From: Octopus sinensis
Lineage: Eukaryota
Direction: 5' to 3'
NCBI RefSeq assembly: GCF_006345805.1
Contig: NC_042998.1
Coordinates: 48,794,001 to 48,858,000 of the forward strand
Length of the DNA: 64,000 nucleotides
Below the pieces are notes generated by a model. It saw only the letters and a list, made by a program, of their open reading frames with translations. It ran no database searches and was not told where the DNA came from. Of this stretch, positions 1 to 12,453 are shown one piece after another. A program made the translations under genes and the position numbers. Numbering within the stretch: position 1 is the first letter of the stretch; the number at the start of each line of letters is the position of its first letter.

Positions 1-234
1 AGATATGGTGAGATCTGTGTCAGTGAAAGAAGCCAAGATTTTAGTGTATGGGATGGCTGGCAGGGGTGACTGGCAACGATTCCTTTGACTGACTGATGGT
101 ATTTTCTTCAAAGAACCAAAACACTGGCATCGATCTTCTGTACAATGGTGTGCAAGGGTGCCGTATTTAGAAGATAGGTCGAACATTCCAGAAAAACTAA
201 TGTTCCATATGCGTGCACATGTGTACGTAAGAGC

Positions 235-378
235 ATATTTGTATGCGCATGTATATATGTATATGTATGTGGTATATGTATGCGTATATATATATATATT
301 ATATATATATATATATGTATATATGATGTATGTATGTATGTATGTATGTATGTATGTATTGTATGTATATGTATGTTC

Positions 379-429
<51 letters not shown>

Positions 430-600
430 TATATATCATATATACATATATATAACTAATATACACATATGTATGTATACATATATATATAAATTATATA
501 TATACATATCTATATATATATATTATATCTATATATATAATGTGTTTGCATGTTTAGTATGTAATAAAGATACACACAAATGTGTGTGTATGTGTGTTGT
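235..600. repeat. Compound (TA)n/(TATG)n/(TG)n microsatellite
   Basis: Direct reading; explains ORF 158..610. Confidence 0.95.
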
Positions 601-743
601 GTCTGTGTGAACATGTGTCAGTCTCTCAATGTTTGTATTGTGAATTAATATATTCATCGATTTATTCGTATCGCTCTGATTGTATATGCTTCCATACAAA
701 ATCTTCGAGTCTCTATTTTTAGACCATCGGTTTTTGTTCTCTG

Positions 744-790
<47 letters not shown>

Positions 791-974
791 TTTTAACTTA
801 ATGTCTAAAAGGCATGTTGCTATAATATAATAGTATTTACGCGAGCCAGCAAGGGAACTTTAGGCGCAATCTTTCGACCGGCTAGAAATAGAATCCGATT
901 TTCCTTCACATCGGACATTATAAAAAATAAGTAAGTAAGAGAGAAAGGTGAGAAGAACGGCTGTCTGTTTCTAG

Positions 975-1122
975 ACCTTTTTGCATCTAAATTCCACCGA
1001 GGTCGACTTTGCCTTTCATCCTTTGGAGAGCGATAAATTAAGTACCAGTGGAGCACTGAGGTCGATGTAGTCGACTTCGTCTTTCCCCAAACATTTCAGG
1101 TCTTGTGCCTATTGTGGAAATG

Positions 1123-1173
<51 letters not shown>
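975..1173 (+). mobile_element. SINE family A, 5'-truncated, with (ATT)n tail
   Basis: Family A core GAGGTCGACTTTGCCTTTCATCCTTT...AAGTACCAG...GTCGATGTA, shared with about 20 other copies in the window. Confidence 0.85.
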
Positions 1174-1175
<2 letters not shown>

Positions 1176-1551
1176 ATTTCTCTATCATATGCATATATGC
1201 TCCGTTTTTATTATATATCTATATTAAGACCTACTCAATCAGAACAGGCCAGAGTCTCCGTTTCTCATCGTATTCACACACACACACACACACACACAGG
1301 TATATCGGCAGCAGCAGCAGCAGCAGCTTCGTCGTCGTCGTCGTCGTCATTGTTTAGTGCAGTGATCTTAGTTTCCAATAATTTTCATATACATGTGTCT
1401 ATAAAATACATTTTGCTTACATGTTCTTCATGATATAATTTTTATATCTATCTCTAGATTATAATAATTACACTCTTGCTGTATATCAGAAGACCCTTAA
1501 CACTTTTTCATCACTAACGGAAGGCAATGTGTACCGGTAGGTGTTGTGATT

Positions 1552-1594
<43 letters not shown>

Positions 1595-2319
1595 CACTCA
1601 CACACACATATGCAAATATATATAACATATACACACACTTATGTATATATACTGTACATATATATATATCATATAATATATATATATCTATATATTATTA
1701 TATGATATACATACGTGTGTGTGTATGTACACAGACATACACACACATATATATATATGTGTCATGTGTGTTATATTTAGGTATGGAAGTAACTGAATCT
1801 CTCCCCTCTGTGTGTGTGTCGGTATGTATGTATATGTACATATCTATATGTGTGTGTTGTGTGTGTGTGTGTGTGTGTGTGCAGAGAGAGAGGGAGAGAG
1901 TGTCTGTGTAGGGAGGAGGAAGATTAAGTTATTTCGAAACCTAAAAATAAACTGAAATGAAAATTAATTAATAAACAACAGCCTTATGTACGTTTTCCAT
2001 ATTTCCACTAAATATCGGCAAAGCGAATGAACACTCATACACACACATTTCCTAGGCACACGCTCTCTATCTCTTTCTCTATCTCTCTCTCCTTCTCTCT
2101 ATCCCTATCTCTCTCTCCCTATCTCTCTCTCCCTATCTCTTACACACACATACACTCACTCACTCACTCACTCACGCACTGACCCATTCACATACATTTT
2201 TGTATGTGCAGATGGGGTAATGCGTATGGATATATTAATGGTAAATAAACAGGACTTATATATACATCATCATATATAACAATGCTTGCTAACAACGCAT
2301 ACAAACTTCGTTTTAATAC

Positions 2320-3090
2320 ACTGATACATGCAATCCAGGAACAAGAGATTGCCACAGAGTACCTGGTGAACTAGAGAGATAGTGACGCTCTTGTAAACCA
2401 AAGGTGCTAACGCATGTGTAGGCTATGTCATGTTTCTGTGGAAGACATCACACATGTCGTCACGGTACTACCTCCCTATGCGGCATGATGCTATTGCTAA
2501 AACAATTTACAATGCCATCCGCAAAAAAGACTGTCCGGAAATAAACTTAGGAAATCCCTCTGTTATGGAATACATTCATAAACACCAACTCAAGGAATAC
2601 TGGTGGAATATTCCCATCAAAACTTGTGTCAAATGTAGACATAACAGGCCGGATATTGTTGTTTGAGACAGAGGGGCAAAGGTATGTACTATCATAGAGG
2701 TCAGCTGCCCTGCAGATATAAATATCAATATGAAATTCAAAGAAAAAGAGGATATCTATGGACAACTGCTTCGAAACCTCCAGCTTCTATATCCAGACTA
2801 TGAATCCATATTCATACCAATAATAATTGGAGCACTAAGTTTTGTTAGTAAATGCTTAAAGGAGAATCTGGATAAACTGGGATTTTCAGAAAGAGAAATC
2901 GACTGGCTAATTCGTACATTACAAGTGCAATCTGTGAGTGGAACAGTAAAATGATGCAAGACTTTTCTCAAGTTCCAAATGTAAATTTGTCTGTGTTAGC
3001 TACATCCCAAAGATGGAGCCTTGTATGATTGTTAGAAACCGGCTCCCTCCTCGGTGGAAGATTTATAATAATTAAAAAAAAAATAGAAGA
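2320..3090 (+). mobile_element. 3' fragment of an RLE-type (R4/Dong-like) non-LTR retrotransposon, disrupted
   Basis: Joined frames give AIQEQEIAT...CRLC...EDITHV (zinc knuckle), RHDAIAK, NRPDIVV, IIEVSCP, KEKEDIY and IIIGAL, the C-terminal restriction-like endonuclease signature. Contains in-frame stops; 3' UTR has a GGAGCC/GGCTCC hairpin. Confidence 0.85.
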
Positions 3091-3212
3091 GACATACATA
3101 CATACATACATACATACATACATACATACATACATACATACATACATACATACATACATACATACTACATACATACATACATACATACATACATACTACA
3201 TACATACATACA
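3091..3212. repeat. (CATA)n array
   Basis: Direct reading; lies between the two LINEs. Confidence 0.95.
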
Positions 3213-4705
3213 TCAAAGCGTTGGCTCCGTCATCTGCGAGCCCTTAACACGACTATTCAATATGTCATTGGCGACGGGTGTTATACCTGCAGACTGGAGA
3301 ACAGCGATAATCTGCCCAATTTTCAAGAAGGGAGCCGCGAAGACCCGCTTAACTACCGACCGGTTTCCCTTACATCAATAATCAGCAAGATGTTCGAAAC
3401 CATCCTTAAGAAAAGTATGATGCTCCACCTCCTAAACACAGCCTCGATCACTGATTCCCAACACGGCTTCGTGCCGAAGAGATCATGCTTGACCAACTTA
3501 CTAGTAATGGAAGAATTGGTGACGCGCATCCTCGATGATAGTGATGCTGTTGACATCGTTTTATTGGACTTTGCCAAAGCTTTTGACTCGGTAAACCACC
3601 GCCTACTACTTGTCAAGCTTCAAGCATACAGTTTCCATCCGGATATTGTACGATGGGTTGATGCCTTCCTCCCAGATCGCTCCTTCCAAGTTCAAGTTAA
3701 TGGTTCGCGGTCCGACGTCTCCAGTGCGAGCAGTGGCGTGCCTCAAGGTTCAGTGCTTGGGCCCTTGTTGTTCTTAGTCTTCATAAATGACTTGCCCGAC
3801 GACCTCACGCAATACAACCCTTCTATTTGCCGACGATATCAAACTGGTCGCTCCTCGCGGTAGTATAGAGGATCTTCGTCGATGCCTCCACCAAATTTGG
3901 AAGTGGTCTAACGATTGGGACCTGTGTCTGAACGTGTCAAAGTGCTGTCATCTGCCTGTCGGCTCTACTCCTGCAACTCAACTTGATTTCGAGCCGGGTC
4001 GTCTGCTGCTGGAGAGGACCGATCAGGTAAAGGACCTGGGTATCTTGGTGGATTCCTCCTTTTCGCCTTCGGCCCAGTGCGTCCATGCTGCCAACAAAGC
4101 GCGCGGAATTCTGTTTTTGATTCGACGGTCATTCGGAATGCTCACAGCAGCCATATTCCTACCACTCTATGTCACGCTGGTGAAACCCATATTGGAGTAT
4201 GGGATTCAAGCCTCTTCTCCTTATCTCCTCAAAGACATACAGCATCTCGAAAGAGTCCAGAGGCTGGCTACCCGCATGGTTCATGGTCTCAAAAATTTGT
4301 CCTACGAAGAAAGGCTGAGGACGCTCGACCTTTATTCTCTTGAAAAACGCCGCCGCCGTGGTGATCTCATTCTCGCCCACAACATCATAAGTGGGAAGTG
4401 TAACCTCTCGAAAGAGCTGTTCTTCACTCCTGCTCCGGAGCGTCGGCTGCGGGGTCATTCCGAAAAGCTCTACCTGCGACGATTTCATCTCAATCGAAGG
4501 AGAGGAGCTTTCTCCGTCTGGGTTGCGGATCCGTGGAATAAGCTGCCAGACGAGATGGTGAAGATGCCGACGACCGCTTTGTTCAAAGCCTCCCTGGACC
4601 TCAAGTGGCCTGAACTCTTTACATGAACACCACCCTGTACTTAACTCCATGTCCCCCTACATGGCCTTGCTATTTGCTTTTGAGCCAAATTAACTAACTA
4701 ACATA
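3213..4705 (+). mobile_element. 5'-truncated CR1-clade LINE (RT domain, C-terminus and 3' UTR) with (TAAC)3 tail
   Basis: NYRPVSLTS, DFAKAFDSV, VPQGSVLGPLLFLVFINDLP, LLFADDIKL, RGHSEKL...WNKLP. Three frameshifts (about 3230, 3335, 3810), no premature stop in the joined frame. Confidence 0.95.
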
Positions 4706-4995
4706 CATACATACACACACACACACACATATCATCGTTGGTATATCTCGATGTGGATAATTTGGATTAAATTTATCAATATATTCTGAAACGTCTCTAT
4801 AAGAACGTTTTGACACAAAAGTGAGCTGACAGCAAAGATGAGACTTGAAACTCAACTGGATCAGAGAGCCCCGGTTCTCGTCCTGTCCCCTCTGTTTAAT
4901 ATCTCTTTCTGTCAGCCTCTTCTTCAAGGTTAATTTCAACGAAGTCGCATTCAACGAGGAATATCATTTACCTCTTTAAAGCATATTAGCTACTT

Positions 4996-5153
4996 CAGTA
5001 GCGTAGCTAGTGAGATGTGGTTCGCCCTGGGCAACGACGCTTTTATTGGGGCGGCACTCTTGGATTTGATGTTTAAACATGTATAGCGGACACGTGGGGG
5101 CAGAAACTCAAACGTTGCCACCAGGTGGCACATACACACTAGCTACGCCTCTG
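4996..5153. mobile_element. hAT-like MITE
   Basis: 17-bp TIRs CAGTAGCGTAGCTAGTG / CACTAGCTACGCCTCTG (15/17); flanks AGCTACTT / AGCTGCAT (6/8, decayed 8-bp TSD). Confidence 0.7.
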
Positions 5154-5215
5154 AGCTGCATGACGAATCCACGAGGAAACTTCGGTATTAAACTTTCTGA
5201 ATGCTTTCTTTAGTT

Positions 5216-5881
5216 CAGTGGTTCCGAACTGGGATCCATACGACCGTGGTAGGGATGGATCCATGTCAGATTTGATATTAAAATGTATGTTCAATAAATT
5301 GGTTTTACTTCTACAATACACAAAATATCTTAACAATTTTTTATACGGAGTGGCTGTGTGGTAAGTAGCTTGCTTATCAACCACATGGTTCCGAGTTCAG
5401 TCCCACTGCGTGGCACCTTGGGCAAGTGTCTTCTATTATAGCTTCGGGCCGACCAAAGCCTTGGAGGTGCATTTGGTAGACGGAAACTGAAAGAAGCCCG
5501 TCGTATATATGTATGTGTGTGTGTGTATATGTTTGTGTGTCTATGTTTGTCCCCCCCATCCCCCAACATCGCTTGACAACCGATGCTGGTGCGTTCACGT
5601 CCCCGTAACTTAGCGGTTCGGCAAAAGAGACCGATAGAATAAGAACTAGGCTTACAAAGAATAAGTCCTGGGGTCGATTTCCTCGACTAAAGGCGGAGCT
5701 CCAGCATGGCCGCAGTCAAATGACTGAAACAAGTAAAAGAGTAAAAGAGTAATTCCTAATATCTAAATGTTAAAATGTAATAGAATTTGTTAAACATTGA
5801 ATGGCTTTGAAGGTCCATCCAAGAAAAATATGAATCAAAGGGGTCCATAGATAACATTTTAAAAATGGTTGAGCAACACTG
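5216..5881. mobile_element. hAT-like MITE interrupted by a family B SINE
   Basis: Ends CAGTGGTTCCGAAC / GTTGAGCAACACTG; flanks CTTTAGTT / CTTTCGTT (7/8 TSD); interior resembles the MITE at 37287-37596. Confidence 0.75.
5347..5750 (+). mobile_element. Full-length tRNA-derived SINE family B with internal microsatellite
   Basis: Box A-like TGGCTGTGTGG, box B-like GAGTTCAGTCC, CORE-like CCTTGGGCAAGTGTCTT, internal (TG/TA)n, tail GACTGAAACAAGTAAAAGAGTAAAAGAG; many paralogues in the window. Confidence 0.9.
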
Positions 5882-6498
5882 CTTTCGTTGTTTGTATCAC
5901 CGCCATGGGGCTCCTACTGGATTTGTTCCTTCTTGTAATTCTCTGTGCATAAGTATATTTGAGAGTTAAACGCGCGTGCGCATACACACGCACACGCAAA
6001 CACACACACACACACATAAATCATTGCAGAAATACACACATGCACATTCAGATATAAGTGTACATAAATAATTAGTGTTGACCAAAAGCAAATAACTAAT
6101 TAACTTTTTAACCGCTTGCGCTTCTCTGAGAATTTTACGCAGTTCCCATACGATTCAACAAATAGTTAAGATGAATACTAGCATAACCTCACCATCACGT
6201 AGTTAACTATGACATTTGAAACACCTCCCCATCTCTCTCTTTTTATAATTTATTGTCCTCTCCGGAAAACCGATTTATTAATTCAAATTTAGTAGCATTT
6301 CCGTGTTTGGGGGTTTTGTTTTTGCTTTTTATTTTTATTTATTTATTTATTTTGTTATAGCAGTTATTCACAAAGCAGATTCCAGTGGCCAAGGAAGGAG
6401 TCTCCACACAGTCAATCAATTCGTTAAAAATAGTAGCCAAACCTTCCTCAAATCACGACCCGCCATTTCGAAAAGGTTGGGAAACACTGGACAATATT

Positions 6499-6709
6499 TA
6501 CTCTTTTACTCTTTTGTTTCAGTCATTTGACTGTGGCCATGCTGGAGCACCGCCTTTAGTCGAGCAAATCGACCCCAGGACTTATTCTTTGCAAGCCTAG
6601 TACTTATTCTATCGGTATCTTTTGCCGAACCGCTAAGTTATGGGGACGTAAACACTAGCATCGGTTGTCAAGCGATGTTGGGTGTACATACACAGACAAA
6701 CAGGCACAT

Positions 6710-6743
<34 letters not shown>

Positions 6744-6755
6744 TATATATATATA

Positions 6756-6796
<41 letters not shown>

Positions 6797-7034
6797 TAAT
6801 CCAAACAAGAAAACAAAAAGACATCAACGCAAGGACGCGGAACAAATAAAGTATTATTGGACGCTCAGGAAAGAATATGACGGGCTTCTTTCAGTTTCTG
6901 TCTACCAACTCCACTCACAAGGCTTTGGTCGGCCCGAGACTATAGTAGAAGACACTTGCCCAAGGTTCCACGCAGTGGGACTGAATCCGGAACCATGGGG
7001 TTCGTAAGCAGGCTACTTACCACACAGCCACTTC
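6499..7034 (-). mobile_element. SINE family B carrying an internal insertion at 6793-6875
   Basis: Reverse complement of 5347-5750, with extra sequence next to its internal (TA)n. Confidence 0.9.
6793..6875 (-). mobile_element. Putative Penelope pseudo-LTR tail fragment (CTGAGCGTC family)
   Basis: Minus strand reads CCTGAGCGTCCAATAATAC, then a T-rich tail, then (TA)n. The motif recurs near 9863, 21570 and 32010. Confidence 0.5.
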
Positions 7035-7319
7035 TTGTGGGTATACAAAAAGACAAGCTGGTGATGATACAGATAAACAATGACTGGTGCTATAGCCATA
7101 TGTATTATATGTGATGACGTTTATCAATGGTGGATAAACTAGCAGGGATTTTGAGAGTTCCGTGATACGAAATCGTATTATCACGAGTGTGCTTCCATGC
7201 TCGCTCGACAAAAATCATCTCTATACCCAACTTCCTACATCAAAGCTACCTTCCCTATATGAAGGAGTTGGAGTTTTAAGTTTCGTATTATCTAAACCCC
7301 ACCTTGTAACTATCTATTT

Positions 7320-7506
7320 CAGTGCTCCGTAACTACTATGCCGCGGCACACTAGTGTGCCACGAAACGATGCTAGGTGTGCCGCAGTGAAAACTAAATAT
7401 AATTTTCCCCTATACTTTTAGCGATATATTATTAGTTCAGGTGTGCCGCCGAATTTTGAAAAGAATATAAGTGTACCGCTAGTGAAAAAAAGGTTGCGGA
7501 GCACTG
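7320..7506. mobile_element. hAT-like MITE
   Basis: TIRs CAGTGCTCCGTAAC / GTTGCGGAGCACTG (13/14); TSD only 5/8. Confidence 0.75.
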
Positions 7507-7730
7507 ACCTATACTACCCTTACTTTAGCATTCCTGAACACATGTTCACTGGCTCGGGAACGAAATCAGCTTAGGGGGTGCAAACCCAGGTTCAAAATTT
7601 TTTACAAAGTTTTATTTTATATATATATATTTTTGTTCTTTGTTCTGTGAAAAGAAACCTAACTTCCAGCTACTTTTTACAGATCACTTTTTATGCACTG
7701 TTTTCTAAACCTGAGAAAAGTAAATAGGGG

Positions 7731-7959
7731 TCTTTTACTCTTTTACTTGTTTCAGTCATTTGACTGTGGATGTGGCCATGCTGGAGCACCGCCTTTAGTC
7801 GAGCAAATCGACTCCACGACTTATTCTTTGTAAGCCTAGTACTTATTCTATCAGTCTCTTTTTGCCGAACCGCTAAGTTACGGGGACGTAAACACAGGCA
7901 CATAAACATATATACACACATACATATATATATATACATATACATATATTATATATATA

Positions 7960-8005
<46 letters not shown>

Positions 8006-8136
8006 GACGGGCTTCTTTCAGTTTCCGTCTACCAAATCCACTCACAAGGCTTTGGTCGGCCCGAAGATGCCACGCAGTGGGACTGAACCCGGAACCATGT
8101 GGTTCGTAAGCAAGCTACTTACCACAGAGCCACTCC
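7731..8136 (-). mobile_element. SINE family B
   Basis: Reverse complement of family B with an expanded internal (TA)n. Confidence 0.9.
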
Positions 8137-8679
8137 TACATTTTGATTTTGCACCAGACAAAAATTTTAGGAGGTGCGTTTGCACCACCCACCCCCTCGA
8201 GCCCCCTGCTCCTGGGCCCATGCACACATGATATATATAAAAAGAAAAAGGTTGTATCAACCAATGACATCCTGAACGCTGTTTAAAAATACAGTATGAT
8301 GAAGGCTTTAACTTATTTGATATTAGGTCTGTTCGATCAAGGTCGACCCAGGGCTAAACAACAAGAACAACAGCACATATTCGTGTTTCTTATCAATGAT
8401 ACAAGGTTGCATTTCCAATGGAATCGGTTGTGTGAGCTCCTATCGAGCTGTTTTTTTTTTGTTCGTTTGTTTTTGCACTCGGTATGCATCTACTCTGCAC
8501 CTCCCATCCTTAATGCACTCATAAAAACATGCAACCACGTGCACACACACACACCACACACACTTTAATACATGCACATTCTACAACATAATGATATCCC
8601 GAGTCTGATTCGTGATTCTCTTATTGTTTCGATCGATTCGATCCCTTGTGGATGTTGACATTAGCAGCCAGCTGCCTGT

Positions 8680-9120
8680 GGTAGTAATGGTGGTGGTCGT
8701 GGTGGAGGAGTAGGAGGAGGAGGAGGAGGAAGAAGAGAGACTTGGAACTCGTGGTGGTGGTGATGGTGGTGGTGGTGGTGATGGTCGTCGTCGTCGTCGT
8801 CGTTCTAATGGTAGTGGTTGAGATGTAGGGAACCTCTTGAGAGAGAACTTGCTATTGTAAAATGCTGACATTGGATCGATGCTGCTGCCATTGGTGGTGG
8901 TGGCGGCGGTGACGGAGGTGGTGGTGGTGGCGGCGGCGGCGGCGGTGGTGACGGAGGTGGTGGGGTGGTGGCAGCAATAGTAAGCGTGCTGATAATGTGA
9001 ATTTCGATGACTTTACTAAGGGATAATGTTGATGGTGATTATCATGATAATGATGATCAGGAGGAGGAAGAGAAGAAGATGAAGAAAAAAGGAAGAGGAG
9101 GAGGAGGTGGAGATGTAAGA
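8680..9120. repeat. Trinucleotide mosaic (GGT/GGA/GTC/GGC/GAT)
   Basis: Direct reading. Confidence 0.9.
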
Positions 9121-9213
9121 AGAAAATGAATATGACACAGTTACTCCCCGCCCTTCATATTGCTGTAGCTTTTTCACTTTCTAGTGTTATTGCTACATGA
9201 TGAGCAGTGTGTA

Positions 9214-9245
<32 letters not shown>

Positions 9246-9800
9246 TGTACCAGCATGTTTGGTGGATTACTGCGCATGTGTGTGAGCTTCCTATATGTAA
9301 TACAATGTATGGGGTGCACACATCGCCTATTAAGCCAGTTGCTGTTCTCACAGTTCCCCAGTCGGCAAATGGCAAACATCACAACGAAGGCATCAACTGT
9401 GCTTTAAAATGACACAACAAAGTGAAAGATGGCAGAAAAGAGCATCAGCACCAAACTCTGGAGACATCTTTCTACGACCAAGACTATTTGGAGAATATAC
9501 TGCTTATCCTCACGAATGGTATAAAGTGACAGATGTAATCACCTCTCCATCTCACCCTTCCTCTCTCTCTCTTTGTCTTTATCTTTCTCTTGTGTGCGCG
9601 CGCGCGTATCTGTGTGTGTGTGTGTGTGTGATTATATGTATTATAAATTTAATCTCAAGCATGTGAATATTTTACGTTTATGCAACCGAATTCTTTTTGC
9701 AACTATGTAAATGAGAGAAGACCTGACCTGATGGGAGTGCACACTTTTCGTAAAGTAACATTGCTCAATACATTCTCTCAAAAGCTAAGAGGAAGTAAAC

Positions 9801-9844
9801 GAATCCTGATGATGGCTTTAACAAAAGACAAAACTAGTTGACTC
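9801..9844 (+). ncRNA. Decayed minimal type I hammerhead ribozyme motif
   Basis: GAATC-CTGATGA-[TGGCTTTAACAAAAGAC]-AAAA-CTAG-TT-GACTC. Stem I 4/5 pairs, palindromic stem III ACTAGT, core G12 reads A. Confidence 0.55.
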
Positions 9845-9899
9845 AGACTTTTCTCTTGGATGCTGAGCGTCCAGCACACACACACACACACCACACACA

Positions 9900-9972
<73 letters not shown>

Positions 9973-9983
9973 TACATACATAC

Positions 9984-10021
<38 letters not shown>

Positions 10022-10299
10022 CAGTTACGAATTAAAAGTAGCACTAGTGTTGTAAACATTATCGAACGCACATACTCAATATATGTGTTTGCTTATTAAC
10101 GTTTGAGGGTCGACTCCCCCATAGCACGGGATGTTAAAAATACTTGAAAGTCATAGACAGGTAACACAATCCGCTCCTAGTCCCATTCAAGAGTGATGGA
10201 TATCGATATTTCGCCATGCGCGTGTGTGTGTGTGTATGTGTGTTCACATACACACACACGCACACGTGTGATATGTGACTGGGTGTGCGAGTGTGTTGT

Positions 10300-10620
10300 C
10301 GTAGGTATGGCCGAATGGTTGAGATGTTCTTTTCTCAGTTATGACATCACGGGTTCTATCCCCCAGAGTAGTATCATGGGCAAGTATCTTTTAGCATAGC
10401 TTCAAATCGACCCCAAATCTTGAGAGCGGGTAGACGGAAACAATTAGAAACTCGCCGGATGGTCTGTACCTGTAATTGAAGGTCTCATCTTTGTTCTCCT
10501 CGATAACTGCATTAAGGGTATACTTGTCTGTGGAATATTCAGCCACTTGCATGCTAATTCAATGAATATTCTGCTCTTTTGATTGAACACTCGTCATCGA
10601 ATCCGACGGAGATCCATCTT
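10300..10620 (+). mobile_element. Degenerate tRNA-derived SINE
   Basis: TGGCCGAATGG (box A) ... GGGTTCTATCC (box B) ... ATGGGCAAGTATCTT (CORE-like). Confidence 0.6.
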
Positions 10621-11479
10621 CATATACATGCGCGCACACACACATGTATGCATGTATGTATGAATGAATACATGTATGTGTATATGTATGAATGCGTGCA
10701 CGCATGTACGTATGTATGAATGTATGTAGGTATATGTATGCATGTATGTATGCATGAATGTGTGAATGTATGAATGTATACATGCATGTGTATCTGTTTG
10801 TATGAATGAATGCATGCATACATGTGTATATGCATGTGTGTATGCATGCATGCAGGTATGAATGTATGCATGCGTGTTTCTATGTATGTCTCTATGCATG
10901 TGTTTACATATATATGCTTGCCTATACGTATGTATGTATGTATGTATGTATGTATGTATGTATGTATATTATATATATGCGCTCGTGCACAAAATTGTTT
11001 CTCAAATCAATCGTCTTCCAGGAATATTTTACTGTCCTACATTTGAAACGTTCCATTCTAAACAAACTCCGCCGTCACCCCCACCCCCACCCCCATCGAC
11101 ATCCCTACCCCACCCCGCCTCGTCCTGTCCCTCCTCATCCACTCATCCTACCCTAACGTCCCATTACAAGCAGTAATGATAGACTCGTCCTTCTTTTACT
11201 TTCCTTTTGCTCCCAACCGCAGGCACAACATTAAAAAAAGAAATCAATATTGTTTCTATTATTCCTATATATCCCAAGATACATGACTCGGTTTTCGTTG
11301 AAAGGAGCGGGGGATAGACTTTGTTGGGATGTATCCTGTATATTACTGGTACGGGAAGAGGGAGGGAAGAGAGAGTGAGAGAGAGAAAGAAGACGTAAGG
11401 ATATTAATTAAAACCTTAGTTATCTGTCGCATCATGAAGGGGATAAGAAAAAGAGTGAAGATAGAGAGAAAGAAAGGTG

Positions 11480-11581
11480 GGGAAGTAATAGAGGATCATG
11501 TAGGAGAAAGCTATAGAGTAAGGTAAAGAAGGGGAAGGAAAATAAGAGGGAATGTGTATAAGAGAATGTGTGTGTGCTTGA

Positions 11582-11616
<35 letters not shown>

Positions 11617-11643
11617 TGCTTGAGTGCATGAGAGTGCGCGTAG

Positions 11644-11693
<50 letters not shown>

Positions 11694-11776
11694 TGTGTGT
11701 GTGCGTGAGTGTGTGTATAAGAGAGAATGTTTGCATGTGTTTAAGAGAGAATGTGTGCTTGACTAGTGTGTGTGTA

Positions 11777-11807
<31 letters not shown>

Positions 11808-11893
11808 CAGTAAGAGAGAGTCAGATAAATAGACAGAGTGTATAGGAGAGAAATGGTGTATGAGAGAGAGAGAGTGAGTGTATGTACGAAAGA

Positions 11894-11934
<41 letters not shown>

Positions 11935-11962
11935 AGAGATTATGTGAGTATGTGTGTGTGAG

Positions 11963-11993
<31 letters not shown>

Positions 11994-12010
11994 GCGGCAG
12001 AGAGAAACAG
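11480..12010. repeat. (GA)n/(GT)n mosaic
   Basis: Direct reading. Confidence 0.9.
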
Positions 12011-12387
12011 CCTTTGGTTCTGTTTCTTGAAAACCATAATTTGTTATTGATAAGCTTCCTTCTAAGATGTATTTTGTATTGGACCTTCCTTACTTTAGTG
12101 TGCAGGTATGAATGTGTGTGCGTGCGTGTGTGTGTGTGTGTGGTGTGTGTGTGTGTGCGTGCGTGCGCTCGTACGTACGTGAGTGTATTTATACCTTTGT
12201 ATGTGTAGCAGGCACTAGCTTTGTATCTTTCATCTATGTGTATCCGTATTCTTGTTTACTATTAGATTGGCCAAAGTCAGGAAGGTCTATATTACATCAA
12301 AGACATTCCAGACATGGCTGCATCTTTTTTTATGCTTCATGCATTAAATATATCTACAACTGCATCATCTAACAAGTCTTCCTCTTC

Positions 12388-12436
<49 letters not shown>

Positions 12437-12453
12437 TATTATTATTATTGGGA

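Noticed and set aside
4159-4650. 163-aa minus ORF (also 3353..3616)
   Set aside because: Antisense shadow of the CR1 coding frame.
9409-9666. 85-aa ORF and overlapping short frames at 9390-9540
   Set aside because: No recognisable domain, no convincing splice sites, and it runs into microsatellite.
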